Assembly: GCA_015067705.1 (NCBI GenBank)
Contig: SVLW01000005.1
Coordinates: 14,666-78,665, forward strand
Source of the DNA: Oscillospiraceae bacterium
Lineage (GTDB): Bacteria > Bacillota > Clostridia > Oscillospirales > QAMX01
DNA length: 64,000 nt
Direction of reading: 5' to 3'
Part shown: positions 7,961 through 16,969 of the stretch, one piece after another
How positions within the stretch are numbered: position 1 is the stretch's first letter
How the letters are laid out: the number at the start of each line of letters is the position of its first letter
Made by a program: the position numbers and the translations under genes
The notes under the pieces: model-generated
The model's database searches: none
Told to the model about the DNA's origin: nothing
Seen by the model: the letters and a program-made list of their open reading frames with translations, nothing else

Positions 7961-9130
7961 ATGGTATTCTGGAAAGTGAAACCCGATCCGTATGAAGAGG
8001 CCCGCACCGGCCGCAGAAGTCTGCCGATTTTTCTGACGATTCTTTTGGCCGGCGCCATCTATTACGGGTTTTCGGAACTGAGTTATCTGCTTTACACCAA
8101 GATCTTTGACGCCGTCCAGTCCGGCATCACCAATTATAAAATTGATTCCTACGCCCCCTTCCTGAATGATTTCAATATCATCGTTCGCTCCGCACTTTTC
8201 CTGCTGATCGGTGTCCTGGGTGTGCTCTATGTCCGTTTCCTGGAGGGACGAAAGCTCTCCACCATGGGCTATCATAAAAAAGGACTGGCCGGCGGCCTCC
8301 TGGGCGGTCTCGGTATCGCCGTGCTCCTGATGGGCAGCATGATCGCCGTGTTCCTGTTTGCGGGCAGCATCCTCTTTGAGGGGGAGCTGGACCTGCACTT
8401 CGGCACAGTACTTCTGGACATTCTGGCGCTTTTGATCCTGGGCTTTTCTTCTGAGCTTTATTTCCGCGGATTCCTGCTGTCCAGTCTGGGCGCCCGCTGC
8501 AAGCCGCTGCTGGCCGTCCTGCTGACGGCGCTGGTCTCTACAGTGGGGCATAGCTTCTACTGGGGCTGGAACATCTTTTCCTTCTATAATAATCTCCTCT
8601 TTGATCTGCTGCTGGGTCTTCTGGCGGTACGCACCTGCAATGCCTGGCTGGCCGGCGCGGTTCGCTCTTTCTGGCTGATCCTCTGCCAGCTGGTCTTTGG
8701 CATTCTTTATTCCGGCCAGGCCTGTTATTATAAGTTGATCCCCAATGTGGTGAACTATGAAAACGGCAGCTGGGTGGGCGCCAGCTGTGTGGACACCGGC
8801 AATGTGTTCACCGCCGTGATGCTCATCGGAATTCTTCTGGTGCTCCTGCTGCCGAAGAAGGATCCCCGGGATGAAGAAGAAGAGCAGAAGCCCTTCTTCC
8901 AGCATGTGCCCGTAGAGAAAAAGACCCCGGATGCCGCGCCTGCCGCCGCACCCGAGAAGATGGTCGCGGAGCCTGTCCTTCGCCGTCCCGAGAGCCTAAA
9001 GAAGGCGCCCGCCCCCGCAGAAGAACCTATGGAATCACCCGCCGAGGAGGACGAGGAAAACTGGGACGAAGAGGAGACCCGCGCCATTGTCCATCCCGAA
9101 TTCAAAAATCCCGAGCAGTACTTGAAATAA
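7961..9130 (+). CDS. CPBP-family intramembrane glutamic endopeptidase (CAAX protease/Abi) with disordered acidic/Pro-rich C-terminal tail
   Basis: Multi-TM protein with SSELYFRGFLL (EExxxR motif) and a later H-containing motif. I moved the start to the ATG at 7961, which has GAGGGA upstream. The track start at 7943 is a TTG. Confidence 0.75.
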   Translation: MVFWKVKPDPYEEARTGRRSLPIFLTILLAGAIYYGFSELSYLLYTKIFDAVQSGITNYKIDSYAPFLNDFNIIVRSALFLLIGVLGVLYVRFLEGRKLSTMGYHKKGLAGGLLGGLGIAVLLMGSMIAVFLFAGSILFEGELDLHFGTVLLDILALLILGFSSELYFRGFLLSSLGARCKPLLAVLLTALVSTVGHSFYWGWNIFSFYNNLLFDLLLGLLAVRTCNAWLAGAVRSFWLILCQLVFGILYSGQACYYKLIPNVVNYENGSWVGASCVDTGNVFTAVMLIGILLVLLLPKKDPRDEEEEQKPFFQHVPVEKKTPDAAPAAAPEKMVAEPVLRRPESLKKAPAPAEEPMESPAEEDEENWDEEETRAIVHPEFKNPEQYLK

Positions 9131-9147
9131 AGAGAAAGGGAGACACT

Positions 9148-9825
9148 ATGAAAAAGTTTTATTTTCTGACCGCAGATTACTATCATCCCGACACGGTCCT
9201 GCGCCCCGGTCTCGAGGCGGCATTCGGTACGGAGAACTGCGTCTATGTCAATGATCCCGCCGAAATTCCCTGGGACACGCTTTCGCAGGACGCGGCATTC
9301 CTGTTGATCGCCAAGATGGACGATTATTCCAGCCAGCTGGGTCATCCCCGCTATGAGGAGCTTTTTGCGCCCGAGGCGGACTGGATGCGTCCGGAGTGGG
9401 CCGCGGCGCTGGAGCGCTATGTGTCCGAGGGCGGCGGCTTTATCGCCCTGCATTCCGGTACGCTGTGGCATGAGGATTCCGACATGGCGCGCCTCACCGG
9501 CGGGTATTTCCTCCGTCATCCGCCGCAGTGCAATGTGCGCGTGGTGCCCACTATAGAGCATCCCATCACGGAGGGCGTGGAACCCTTCACCGCCAATGAC
9601 GAGTACTATATGTGCCGTGTCTACGGCGACCATGTAAAGCCTCTGGCGCTGGCCTGGTCTCCGGAGCCCCAGGGCGAGCCCACGGTGGTGGCCGCCTGGT
9701 GCCGGGAAGTGGCGTGGGGCCGCGTGGCCGTCTTAACGCCCGGCCATACCCTGGACGCCATCCTGAATCCCAACATGACCCGTCTTTTGCAGAATGCTGC
9801 CAAATGGGTCACCAAAACCTGCTGA
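9148..9825 (+). CDS. ThuA-domain protein (class I glutamine amidotransferase-like fold)
   Basis: 225 aa. AAGGGAG RBS. Pattern ...GGGFIALHSG...HPITEGV...DEYY...GRV...TPGH is typical of ThuA. Confidence 0.7.
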   Translation: MKKFYFLTADYYHPDTVLRPGLEAAFGTENCVYVNDPAEIPWDTLSQDAAFLLIAKMDDYSSQLGHPRYEELFAPEADWMRPEWAAALERYVSEGGGFIALHSGTLWHEDSDMARLTGGYFLRHPPQCNVRVVPTIEHPITEGVEPFTANDEYYMCRVYGDHVKPLALAWSPEPQGEPTVVAAWCREVAWGRVAVLTPGHTLDAILNPNMTRLLQNAAKWVTKTC

Positions 9826-9830
9826 TCCTT

Positions 9831-9867
9831 CCCCGTACGGCCCTTTCCCGCCGTACGGGGATTTTTT
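9831..9867 (+). terminator. intrinsic terminator after the ThuA gene
   Basis: CCCCGTACGG (9831-9840) pairs with CCGTACGGGG (9851-9860), followed by ATTTTTT. Confidence 0.75.
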
Positions 9868-10151
9868 CCATCATCCCCAATATTTAGCGGATTCCAGACG
9901 CACAGGATGCGATATCTATGGTATACTACTCATTGTGTGCGAATGCCGCGGTCAAAAAAACCGGCGTTCCGAATGATTGGATCGGGGCGGGTGCGCTTGG
10001 TGAAAGAGCAGAAAAAATTTCCGCTTCCTCTCGCAAATTTGCCCGATTTACCATTGTCAAATCTTTCGGAATTCTGTATAATATACTCGAGTATGTTAAT
10101 ATGGGGAAATGAGGGGATTCATGCCCTCATCCCAAAAGGAGGAATATATCA

Positions 10152-11531
10152 ATGAAGGTCCAGTTTACCGAGACCGTGTTAAGAGATGCCAACCAGTCTC
10201 TTATCGCGACCCGTATGCCGATCGAGAAGTTCCGCGAAATTCTGCCGACTCTTGATAAGGCCGGTTATTATTCCCTGGAGTGCTGGGGCGGCGCTACGTT
10301 TGACTCCTGCCTCCGCTACCTGAACGAAGATCCGTGGGAGCGTCTGCGCACCATCCGTGCCGCCTGCCCCAACACCAAGCTGCAGATGCTGCTGCGTGGT
10401 CAGAATCTTCTGGGCTATAAGCACTATCCGGACGACGTCGTCCGTAAGTTCGTCGATCTGTCCGTCAAGAACGGTATTGACATCATCCGTATCTTCGACG
10501 CTCTGAACGACCTGCGCAACATCCAGGTGGCCGTTGACCAGACCCTCAAGTCCGGTGCAATCGCTTCCGGCGCGATCTCCTACACCACTTCCCCCGTTCA
10601 TACCCTTGAGAACTATGTGAAGCTCGTCAAGGAAATGAAGGAAATGGGCTGCCAGACCATCTGCATCAAGGATATGGCCGGCGTTATCACGCCCAAGGAG
10701 TCCTATGATCTCGTCAGCGCTATCAAGAACGCTCTGCCGGATATGCCCGTGATCCTGCACACCCACTGCACCACCGGTATGGCCTTCATGAGCATCATCA
10801 AGGCTGTTGAGGCCGGCGCAGACATCATCGACACCGCCACCTCCTGCCTGTCCGGCGGTACCTCCCAGCCCGCTACCGAGACCATCTACGAAGCTCTCGA
10901 GCAGATGGGCGTCGAAATGAACCTGAACCGCAAGGTGCTCAAGGAAGTCAACGACTTCTTCAAGCCCATCCGTGACGAGTATCTCGCCTCCGGTCTTCTG
11001 AAGGCCAAGGCCATGGCCACCGATACCGACGCTCTGACCTATAAGGTTCCCGGCGGCATGCTGTCCAACCTGATGGCACAGCTCGAGGCCATGAATGCTC
11101 TGGATCGTCTGGACGAGGCTCTCATCGAGACGCCGAAGGTCCGCGAAGACCTGGGTTATCCTCCCCTGGTCACTCCGCTGAGCCAGATGGTTGGCGTTCA
11201 GGCTGCTACCAACGTGCTGGTTGGCGAGCGCTATAAGAACGTTTCCAAGGAAGTCAAGGCATATCTCCGCGGCGAGTACGGCCGTGCACCCGGTAAGATC
11301 AACGAAGAACTGCAGAAGCAGGTTCTCGGCGACGAGGAACCCGTCACCTGCCGTTACGCCGATCTTCTGGAGCCGGAGTTTGACAAGGTGAAGGCCCAGC
11401 TGGGCGACACCGCCCGCTGCGACGAGGATGTTCTGTCCTACATTGCTTTCCCGCAGGTTGCCGAAAAGTTCTTTGCTGCCCGTAAGGCCAAGGAAGAGAA
11501 CGTCGCCAAGTACACCATCGTCGAGGCATAA
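10152..11531 (+). CDS. oadA: oxaloacetate decarboxylase alpha-type carboxyltransferase subunit (PycB/5S-like, no fused biotin domain)
   Basis: 459 aa. FTETVLRDANQSL...ECWGGATFD...RIFDALND are HMGL-like carboxyltransferase motifs. AGGAGG RBS. Confidence 0.8.
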   Translation: MKVQFTETVLRDANQSLIATRMPIEKFREILPTLDKAGYYSLECWGGATFDSCLRYLNEDPWERLRTIRAACPNTKLQMLLRGQNLLGYKHYPDDVVRKFVDLSVKNGIDIIRIFDALNDLRNIQVAVDQTLKSGAIASGAISYTTSPVHTLENYVKLVKEMKEMGCQTICIKDMAGVITPKESYDLVSAIKNALPDMPVILHTHCTTGMAFMSIIKAVEAGADIIDTATSCLSGGTSQPATETIYEALEQMGVEMNLNRKVLKEVNDFFKPIRDEYLASGLLKAKAMATDTDALTYKVPGGMLSNLMAQLEAMNALDRLDEALIETPKVREDLGYPPLVTPLSQMVGVQAATNVLVGERYKNVSKEVKAYLRGEYGRAPGKINEELQKQVLGDEEPVTCRYADLLEPEFDKVKAQLGDTARCDEDVLSYIAFPQVAEKFFAARKAKEENVAKYTIVEA

Positions 11532-11543
11532 GGAGGTACCGTT

Positions 11544-11885
11544 ATGTTCGTTCTGGCCACTAACGTTACGATCCTGGAATCCCTGGGCTATTCCGTCCTG
11601 GGTATTGCCATCGTTTTCGCAGCTCTGGTTCTCCTGATGGGTATTATCAAGCTGCAGTCCATCATTCTGAACAAGAAGACTGAGAAGCCTGCCGCTCCTG
11701 CCGCAGCACCCGCCGCTCCCGCTGCTCCTGCTGCCGCACCCCAGCTGGCTCCCGGTTCCGCCGGCGAAGTCAAGCTCTATGACGTTCCGGATAAGGTTGC
11801 CGCTCAGCTCATGGCAATCGTTGCCGACACCGTCAAGAAGCCCTTAAATGAACTGCGTTTCATTTCCATCAAGGAGGTCAAATAA
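11544..11885 (+). CDS. OadG-like small membrane subunit of Na+-translocating decarboxylase
   Basis: 113 aa with an N-terminal TM helix followed by an Ala/Pro linker. It sits between the carboxyltransferase and the biotin carrier. Confidence 0.6.
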   Translation: MFVLATNVTILESLGYSVLGIAIVFAALVLLMGIIKLQSIILNKKTEKPAAPAAAPAAPAAPAAAPQLAPGSAGEVKLYDVPDKVAAQLMAIVADTVKKPLNELRFISIKEVK

Positions 11886-11887
11886 TT

Positions 11888-12289
11888 ATGAAGTACAAGA
11901 TTACGCTCAATGGCAAGACTTATGAAGTAGAAGTCGAGCATGGCGAGGCCATGGTCGTTGCTGAATACGAAGCTTATGCTCCCGCTGCTGCTCCGGCACC
12001 CGCCGCTGCACCTGCCGCAGCTCCCGCTGCCGCTCCGGCACCCGCCGCTGCACCCGCTCCTGTGGCCGCTGGCGCAGGCGAGGCTGTTGTCTCCCCCATG
12101 CCCGGCAACATCGTTGACGTGCGTGTTGCCGCCGGTCAGGCTGTCAAGTCCGGCCAGATCCTGGTCATCCTCGAAGCCATGAAGATGGAAAACGAAATCG
12201 TTGCTCCCCGCGACGGCGTTGTCAATCAGGTGGTTGTCTCCAAGGGCAATACGGTTGATACCGGCGCTACTCTGGTTCTCCTCGGTTAA
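11888..12289 (+). CDS. biotin carboxyl carrier protein (biotinyl domain)
   Basis: 133 aa with an Ala/Pro linker followed by the EAMKMENEI biotinylation motif. Confidence 0.85.
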   Translation: MKYKITLNGKTYEVEVEHGEAMVVAEYEAYAPAAAPAPAAAPAAAPAAAPAPAAAPAPVAAGAGEAVVSPMPGNIVDVRVAAGQAVKSGQILVILEAMKMENEIVAPRDGVVNQVVVSKGNTVDTGATLVLLG

Positions 12290-12304
12290 GCAGGAGGGTC
12301 ACAA

Positions 12305-13486
12305 ATGAATGTTCTTGATATTTTAGGCACTCTCTGGGGCAATTCCGGCTTTGCAGGCCTCATGGTGGACTGGCGTTCCCTCGTCATGATCCTCGTGGGC
12401 TGCGTGCTCCTCTATCTTGGCATCGTCAAGAAGTTTGAGCCGCTGCTTCTGGTCGGTATTGCTTTCGGTACCATTCTGACGAACCTCCCCGGCGCAAACC
12501 TCTACCATCCCGAGCTGTGGGATGCCATCATCGCTCATGAGAAGTCCTGGGGCGCAGTCTTCACCGAAGGCGGCTTCCTGGATATCCTCTACATCGGCGT
12601 CAAGGGCGGTATTTATCCGTCCCTGATCTTCCTGGGTGTTGGCGCAATGACCGACTTCGGCCCGCTGCTGTCTAACCCCAAGAGCCTGCTTCTGGGCTCC
12701 GCTGCCCAGCTGGGCGTTTACTGTGCATTCATTCTGGCAATCCTCCTCGGCTTCACCGGCGAGCAGGCTGCCTCCATCGGTATCATCGGCGGCGCCGATG
12801 GTCCTACCGCCATCTTCCTGACCTCCAAGCTGGCTCCGGAGCTTCTGGGTGCTATCGCCATTGCGGCATACTCCTACATGGCTCTGATCCCGCTGATCCA
12901 GCCCCCGCTCATGCGTGCCCTCACCACCAAGAAGGAGCGCGAAACCAAGATGGAACAGCTTCGTACTGTTTCCAAGACTGAGAAGATCGTCTTCCCCGTC
13001 GTGGTTTCTATCTTCGTTATCCTGCTGCTGCCGGATACCGCTCCCCTGATCGGCTGCCTGATGCTGGGTAACCTGTTCCGTGAGTGCGGCGTTACCGATC
13101 GTCTCTCCGATACTGCTCAGAATGCTCTGATGAACATCGTCACCATCTTCCTGGGCATCAGCGTCGGTGCCACCACCGTGGGTTCCCGCTTCCTGACTCT
13201 TGATACCATCAAGATCGTGCTGCTGGGTCTCCTTGCCTTCTGCTTCTCCACCGTTGGTGGCCTGCTGCTGGGCAAGCTCATGTACAAGATCACCAAGGGC
13301 AAGATCAACCCGCTCATCGGTTCCGCCGGCGTTTCCGCCGTCCCGATGGCAGCCCGTGTTGCTCAGGTGGAAGGCCAGAAGGCCAACCCGTCCAACTTCC
13401 TGCTCATGCACGCCATGGGTCCGAACGTGGCCGGTGTTATCGGTTCTGCTGTTGCCGCAGGTTTCCTGCTGGCTCTCTTCGGCTAA
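12305..13486 (+). CDS. oadB: sodium ion-translocating decarboxylase beta subunit
   Basis: 393 aa polytopic protein of OadB/GcdB/MmdB type (..IGGADGPT.., ..[20 protein letters not shown]..). Confidence 0.85.
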   Translation: MNVLDILGTLWGNSGFAGLMVDWRSLVMILVGCVLLYLGIVKKFEPLLLVGIAFGTILTNLPGANLYHPELWDAIIAHEKSWGAVFTEGGFLDILYIGVKGGIYPSLIFLGVGAMTDFGPLLSNPKSLLLGSAAQLGVYCAFILAILLGFTGEQAASIGIIGGADGPTAIFLTSKLAPELLGAIAIAAYSYMALIPLIQPPLMRALTTKKERETKMEQLRTVSKTEKIVFPVVVSIFVILLLPDTAPLIGCLMLGNLFRECGVTDRLSDTAQNALMNIVTIFLGISVGATTVGSRFLTLDTIKIVLLGLLAFCFSTVGGLLLGKLMYKITKGKINPLIGSAGVSAVPMAARVAQVEGQKANPSNFLLMHAMGPNVAGVIGSAVAAGFLLALFG

Positions 13487-13500
13487 ATCCAAACAACATA

Positions 13501-13534
13501 AAAAAGCGAGAGAATTTCTTCTCTCGCTTTTTTT
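13501..13534. terminator. bidirectional terminator between convergent oadB and MBL genes
   Basis: AAAAA-GCGAGAGAA-TTTC-TTCTCTCGC-TTTTTTT. Confidence 0.8.
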
Positions 13535-13544
13535 CATGCAGTTT

Positions 13545-14339
13545 TTACGGATCCTGCCGATAGAGTTCCAGAGCGTTCTTTCTGGTTTCGTCCAGGAATC
13601 GTTTCCACTCGGTGGGATCAATAAAGGGATTAGGCGTCTCGCCCAGATGGGGCAGTTTCTCGGGCGCATGGTTATTCCAGAAGTGATTGCCCATAAAGAC
13701 ATCCACCTTTTCCTCATAGACCTTTTCAATGCTCCGAAGGAAATCATCCCGATAGGACAGGGGCAGACCGTATTCCTCCAGGAAAGCCCTGGTCAGGGAA
13801 TTGATGCCCGCGCCGCCGAAGGTTCCCACGCGGTAGGTCTTGCCTTCCTCCTCCACGTCGAAGAAGAGGGACATGGTGCCCGGCGTATGGCCGGGAGTGG
13901 CAATGCAGTCAATGGTGGTATTGCCGATGGTGAGACGATCTCCGTCCCGGAGCAGTACGTCCGGCTCAAAGGGTTCGATATACTGATAATAGCCCAGTTC
14001 TTTTGCCCAGGAGAGATCCAGCGTGCCATTGGCATACTCCCGATCCGGTGCGCCCAGATAGGTCTTTGCGCCGGTAAGCTCGGCAAGAGCCCGGGTGCCG
14101 CCGCAGTGGTCGTAATGACCATGGGAATGGATAATATGCCGCACATCGTAGGGATCAAAGCCCAGGGCGCGGATGTTCTCGAGAAGCCAGTACACCGTCT
14201 GCGGATAGCCGGTGTCGATCAAAACCAAACCGTCTCCCGTGTCGATCATGTGCGACGAGCCCTCAAAAGTACCTACAAAATATAAATTGCCGATCATGCG
14301 AAACGGCTTTACTTTCTGTTCCCAGTAAGGATATACCAT
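13545..14339 (-). CDS. MBL-fold metallo-hydrolase
   Basis: 264 aa with the HSHGHYDH (HxHxDH) motif. Confidence 0.8.
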   Translation of the reverse strand: MVYPYWEQKVKPFRMIGNLYFVGTFEGSSHMIDTGDGLVLIDTGYPQTVYWLLENIRALGFDPYDVRHIIHSHGHYDHCGGTRALAELTGAKTYLGAPDREYANGTLDLSWAKELGYYQYIEPFEPDVLLRDGDRLTIGNTTIDCIATPGHTPGTMSLFFDVEEEGKTYRVGTFGGAGINSLTRAFLEEYGLPLSYRDDFLRSIEKVYEEKVDVFMGNHFWNNHAPEKLPHLGETPNPFIDPTEWKRFLDETRKNALELYRQDP

Positions 14340-14460
14340 ATGGTCACTCCCCTTCTCTTGTTTCTTTCATTATACGCGCCCTGTCAAGCGATGTACAGAG
14401 ACTCTTGCCAAAGCGTCTCCGGGCGCGTATAATAGACCCAAACGAATCAGGAGGGGCGAT

Positions 14461-14757
14461 ATGAAGGAACTGGACTTCATCCGGGATCAGATTGTCCGCA
14501 TTGCCGATCCCACCCGCATTTATTTATTTGGCTCTTACGCCCGGGGCACCCAGCGCCCGGAAAGCGACTTTGATATCTGCATCGTGGCCCGCACCGAGAA
14601 TAAGCGCCGTCTTTTGACAGAGCTTTATTTTCTGGTGGAGGCGGAACATCCCATTGACTTCCTGCTCTATACGCCGGAGGAATGGGAGGCATGCCTTGCC
14701 GACGAGCTGAGCTTTGCCAGCCAGCTCTCCCGGGAGGGGGTGCTGCTCTATGGCTGA
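14461..14757 (+). CDS. nucleotidyltransferase-domain protein (MNT-like, minimal NTase)
   Basis: 98 aa. LFGSYARG...SDFD is the Pol-beta-type NTase signature. Confidence 0.8.
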   Translation: MKELDFIRDQIVRIADPTRIYLFGSYARGTQRPESDFDICIVARTENKRRLLTELYFLVEAEHPIDFLLYTPEEWEACLADELSFASQLSREGVLLYG

Positions 14758-15136
14758 CAGCCGTCGTTACAACGACTGGTATGACAAGGCGCGGCATGAT
14801 CTGGACGGTGCAAGAGTGCTGGTGGAGCACGGCGGCATCTATGATCTGGCGGCCTTCCACTGCCAGCAGGCCATCGAAAAGGCCCTCAAGGGATGGCTGT
14901 TACAGCACACCGGACGGCTTCACGACGGGCACAGTCTGGTATTCCTCTCCCGCGAGGCCAAGCGCCGGGGCGCCAAAATCGACCGCTATATGCGGGACTG
15001 CGCCTTTGTCAACCAGTTCTACATTGAGACGCGCTATCCCGCAGACATTCCCACAGAAGTTTCCCGGGAGGACGCCGCAGAATGCTGTCAGATCGCCGAG
15101 GACGTGATGGAAGCCCTCATGAAGATCGATGTATAG
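14750..15136 (+). CDS. HEPN-domain protein (partner of the MNT)
   Basis: In-frame ATG at 14750 overlaps the MNT stop (ATGGCTGA). Contains AFHCQQAIEKALK and ETRYP, typical of PF05168-type HEPN. The track start at 14714 is probably too early. Confidence 0.75.
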   Translation: MADSRRYNDWYDKARHDLDGARVLVEHGGIYDLAAFHCQQAIEKALKGWLLQHTGRLHDGHSLVFLSREAKRRGAKIDRYMRDCAFVNQFYIETRYPADIPTEVSREDAAECCQIAEDVMEALMKIDV

Positions 15137-15137
15137 G

Positions 15138-15405
15138 AAAAAGAAAACCCCGCTTAGGCAGTCCCAAACAAGAAACCATAGCCCGCAAAAAGGATCTTTT
15201 CGCCGGACTCGTCGTTATTTTCTCTTGTGTTACACAAAGTAGCACTGCGAGAAAATGCCTCGATTCCGGCGAAAATCTCTCTTTTTTCGGCGCTGACGCG
15301 TTTTGGCCCGTAAGCATCTGCTTACGGGCCAAAATCTATGTTTTCTTATTCGGAACTGCCTCTACAGGGCGCTTGATCGCGCCCTGTAAGCGAGGTTCTT
15401 TTCTT
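15138..15405. repeat. nested imperfect palindrome / cluster of REP-like hairpin units
   Basis: Arm 15156-15179 (AGGCAGTCCCAAACAAGAAACCAT) matches the reverse complement of 15338-15361 at 20 of 24 positions. 15193-15211 pairs with 15260-15277. 15217-15224 (ATTTTCTC) pairs with 15249-15256 (GAGAAAAT). The right arm carries perfect hairpins GGCCCGTAAGCA-TC-TGCTTACGGGCC (15305-15330) and ACAGGGCGC-N6-GCGCCCTGT (15364-15387). Confidence 0.6.
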
Positions 15406-15413
15406 ACCATAGC

Positions 15414-16388
15414 TTACAGCTGCAAGGTCATGCCGGTCTCTTCTGCCATCTGGCGGATGTGGTCGGCACTGAGGGTCACGCGGCTGTCCACCACGCTGAA
15501 ATGCCGCACCAGTGCATCCGGCAAAAGATCCGCAAAGAGAATGTTTGCACCGGACTCGATGGCCAGCAGATTGCCCTCCCGGTCGCCAAGACCGCGGGAG
15601 AGATCGGGGCCGGGCTGCTGTGCTGTGATGAGGATCTCCGGCATCATGAGACGGAGAATGGAGATCTCCCGGAGATTCAGGGTCAGGTCTCCTCTGCCGC
15701 CCTCTGCGGCCAGCGGCGTACCCGTGGCCGGCATATAGGGCACGATGGGCGCCCAGCTAATGTCCAGGTCGCGCATCAGGAGAATATCATCTGCCATCTG
15801 CTCGATGGTATGGCCGGGGAAGTCCACGATATTGCCGGAGGCCAGCTTCATACCGCTCTTCTTCACGGCCTCGATGCTGCGCATCCGCTGGGTGTGGGAC
15901 GTGTTGGGGTTCAGGCGATTGAAGGTGTCGGGATCGGACATCTCAAACTTCAGCACATATTCATCTGCGCCCAGTGCCGCAAATTCCTCATACTGTTCCG
16001 GCTTGAATTCGCCGCAGGCCATGCTGAGGTGGAGGCCCAACTCCTTGATGCCGCGTACGATCTGCAGCACGTTTTCATAGCCATAGCCCAGATCCTCGCC
16101 GCTGATGATGAAGATGCGGGTAAAGCCCATTTCTTTGGCGGTACGAGCCGCAGCCACCACATCCTCCGGTGCCACGCGATAGCGCTTCAGGCAGGTATTG
16201 CCGCCCCGCATGCCGCAGTAAAGGCAGTTATTCTTACATACGTTGCTGTAGCCCAGCATGGCAGAACCGTAGAGCACATTGCGGTCGCGGACATACTGCT
16301 CCCGGGCTTCCTTCCGGATGGTCTGTTCAAATTCTGCGTAGGGAATCGTCAGAAGGTCGATGAGTTCCTGTTTGGTATAGTTTTTCAT
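15414..16388 (-). CDS. radical SAM enzyme, HydE/BioB/PylB-like
   Basis: 324 aa. CKNNCLYCGMRGGN (CxxxCxxC) near residue 52, plus IISGED. Its start overlaps the ATPase stop by 4 nt. Confidence 0.8.
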   Translation of the reverse strand: MKNYTKQELIDLLTIPYAEFEQTIRKEAREQYVRDRNVLYGSAMLGYSNVCKNNCLYCGMRGGNTCLKRYRVAPEDVVAAARTAKEMGFTRIFIISGEDLGYGYENVLQIVRGIKELGLHLSMACGEFKPEQYEEFAALGADEYVLKFEMSDPDTFNRLNPNTSHTQRMRSIEAVKKSGMKLASGNIVDFPGHTIEQMADDILLMRDLDISWAPIVPYMPATGTPLAAEGGRGDLTLNLREISILRLMMPEILITAQQPGPDLSRGLGDREGNLLAIESGANILFADLLPDALVRHFSVVDSRVTLSADHIRQMAEETGMTLQL

Positions 16389-16969
16389 ACGATTTTCCTC
16401 ATTTCCATAACGGAGGCCTGCATCATGCGGGCTTCCTCCGGGTCGTGGGTGACCATGATAACGGTCTTGCCGCGGGTGCGGCGGCGGATGGATGCGGCGA
16501 CAATTTCCCGGGTGCCTTCATCTAAACCCTTAAAGGGCTCATCCATGATGAGAAGCTCACCCTCGGAGAGCAGCGCCCGGGCGATGGCCACGCGGCGCTT
16601 CATGCCGCCGGAATAGGCGCCCACCACTTTCCCGGGATCCTCGGAAAGCCCCAGTTCCCGGAGGCAATCGAGAATGTCCGCATCCGGAACGGTTTTTCCG
16701 GTCACCAGATGAATATTTGCCAGCGCGGAGAACTCTTCACAGAGGCGATCCTCCTGGAACACCACGGAGATGCGCGCCGGGATGCCCGCCACAGTGCCTG
16801 CATCGGGGGATTCAAATCCCAGCAGGATGTTCAGAAGTGTGGTTTTGCCGCAGCCGGAGGGGCCCATGATACAGACCGTCTCCCCTGCGGGAAAAACTGC
16901 GGAAAAGTCCCGCAGCACCTGCTGTTCCCCAAAGCGTTTGGAGAGGGCGTTGATCACAATGTCTTTCAT
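16385..16969 (-). CDS. ABC transporter ATP-binding protein (short, NitT/TauT-type)
   Basis: 194 aa. Walker A GPSGCGKTT, signature YSGGMKRR, Walker B LIMDEP, H-loop VTHD. Confidence 0.85.
   Translation of the reverse strand: MKDIVINALSKRFGEQQVLRDFSAVFPAGETVCIMGPSGCGKTTLLNILLGFESPDAGTVAGIPARISVVFQEDRLCEEFSALANIHLVTGKTVPDADILDCLRELGLSEDPGKVVGAYSGGMKRRVAIARALLSEGELLIMDEPFKGLDEGTREIVAASIRRRTRGKTVIMVTHDPEEARMMQASVMEMRKIV

Noticed and set aside
9870-10151. A long untranslated region before the decarboxylase operon, with tracked small ORFs (9907..10155 and 9918..10112).
   Set aside because: The small ORFs lack an RBS and a coding-like composition. I could not recognise any riboswitch or leader motif, so it is left as an unexplained 5' region rather than a feature.
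11690-12075. Repetitive GCN-CCN tracts (Ala/Pro repeats) that look like short tandem repeats.
   Set aside because: They lie in-frame inside the OadG-like and biotin-carrier genes and encode the flexible Ala/Pro linkers typical of biotinyl and lipoyl carrier proteins. They are not a CRISPR or a VNTR locus.
12323-13747. A 474-aa minus-strand ORF across oadB. Similar long antisense ORFs occur at 20085..21326, 22014..23339, 23444..24682, 27170..28426, 45507..46685 and 47025..48473.
   Set aside because: All lie opposite genes with strong family signatures and show the same Gly/His/Asp/Arg-rich pseudo-protein composition. I treated them as GC-driven artefacts.
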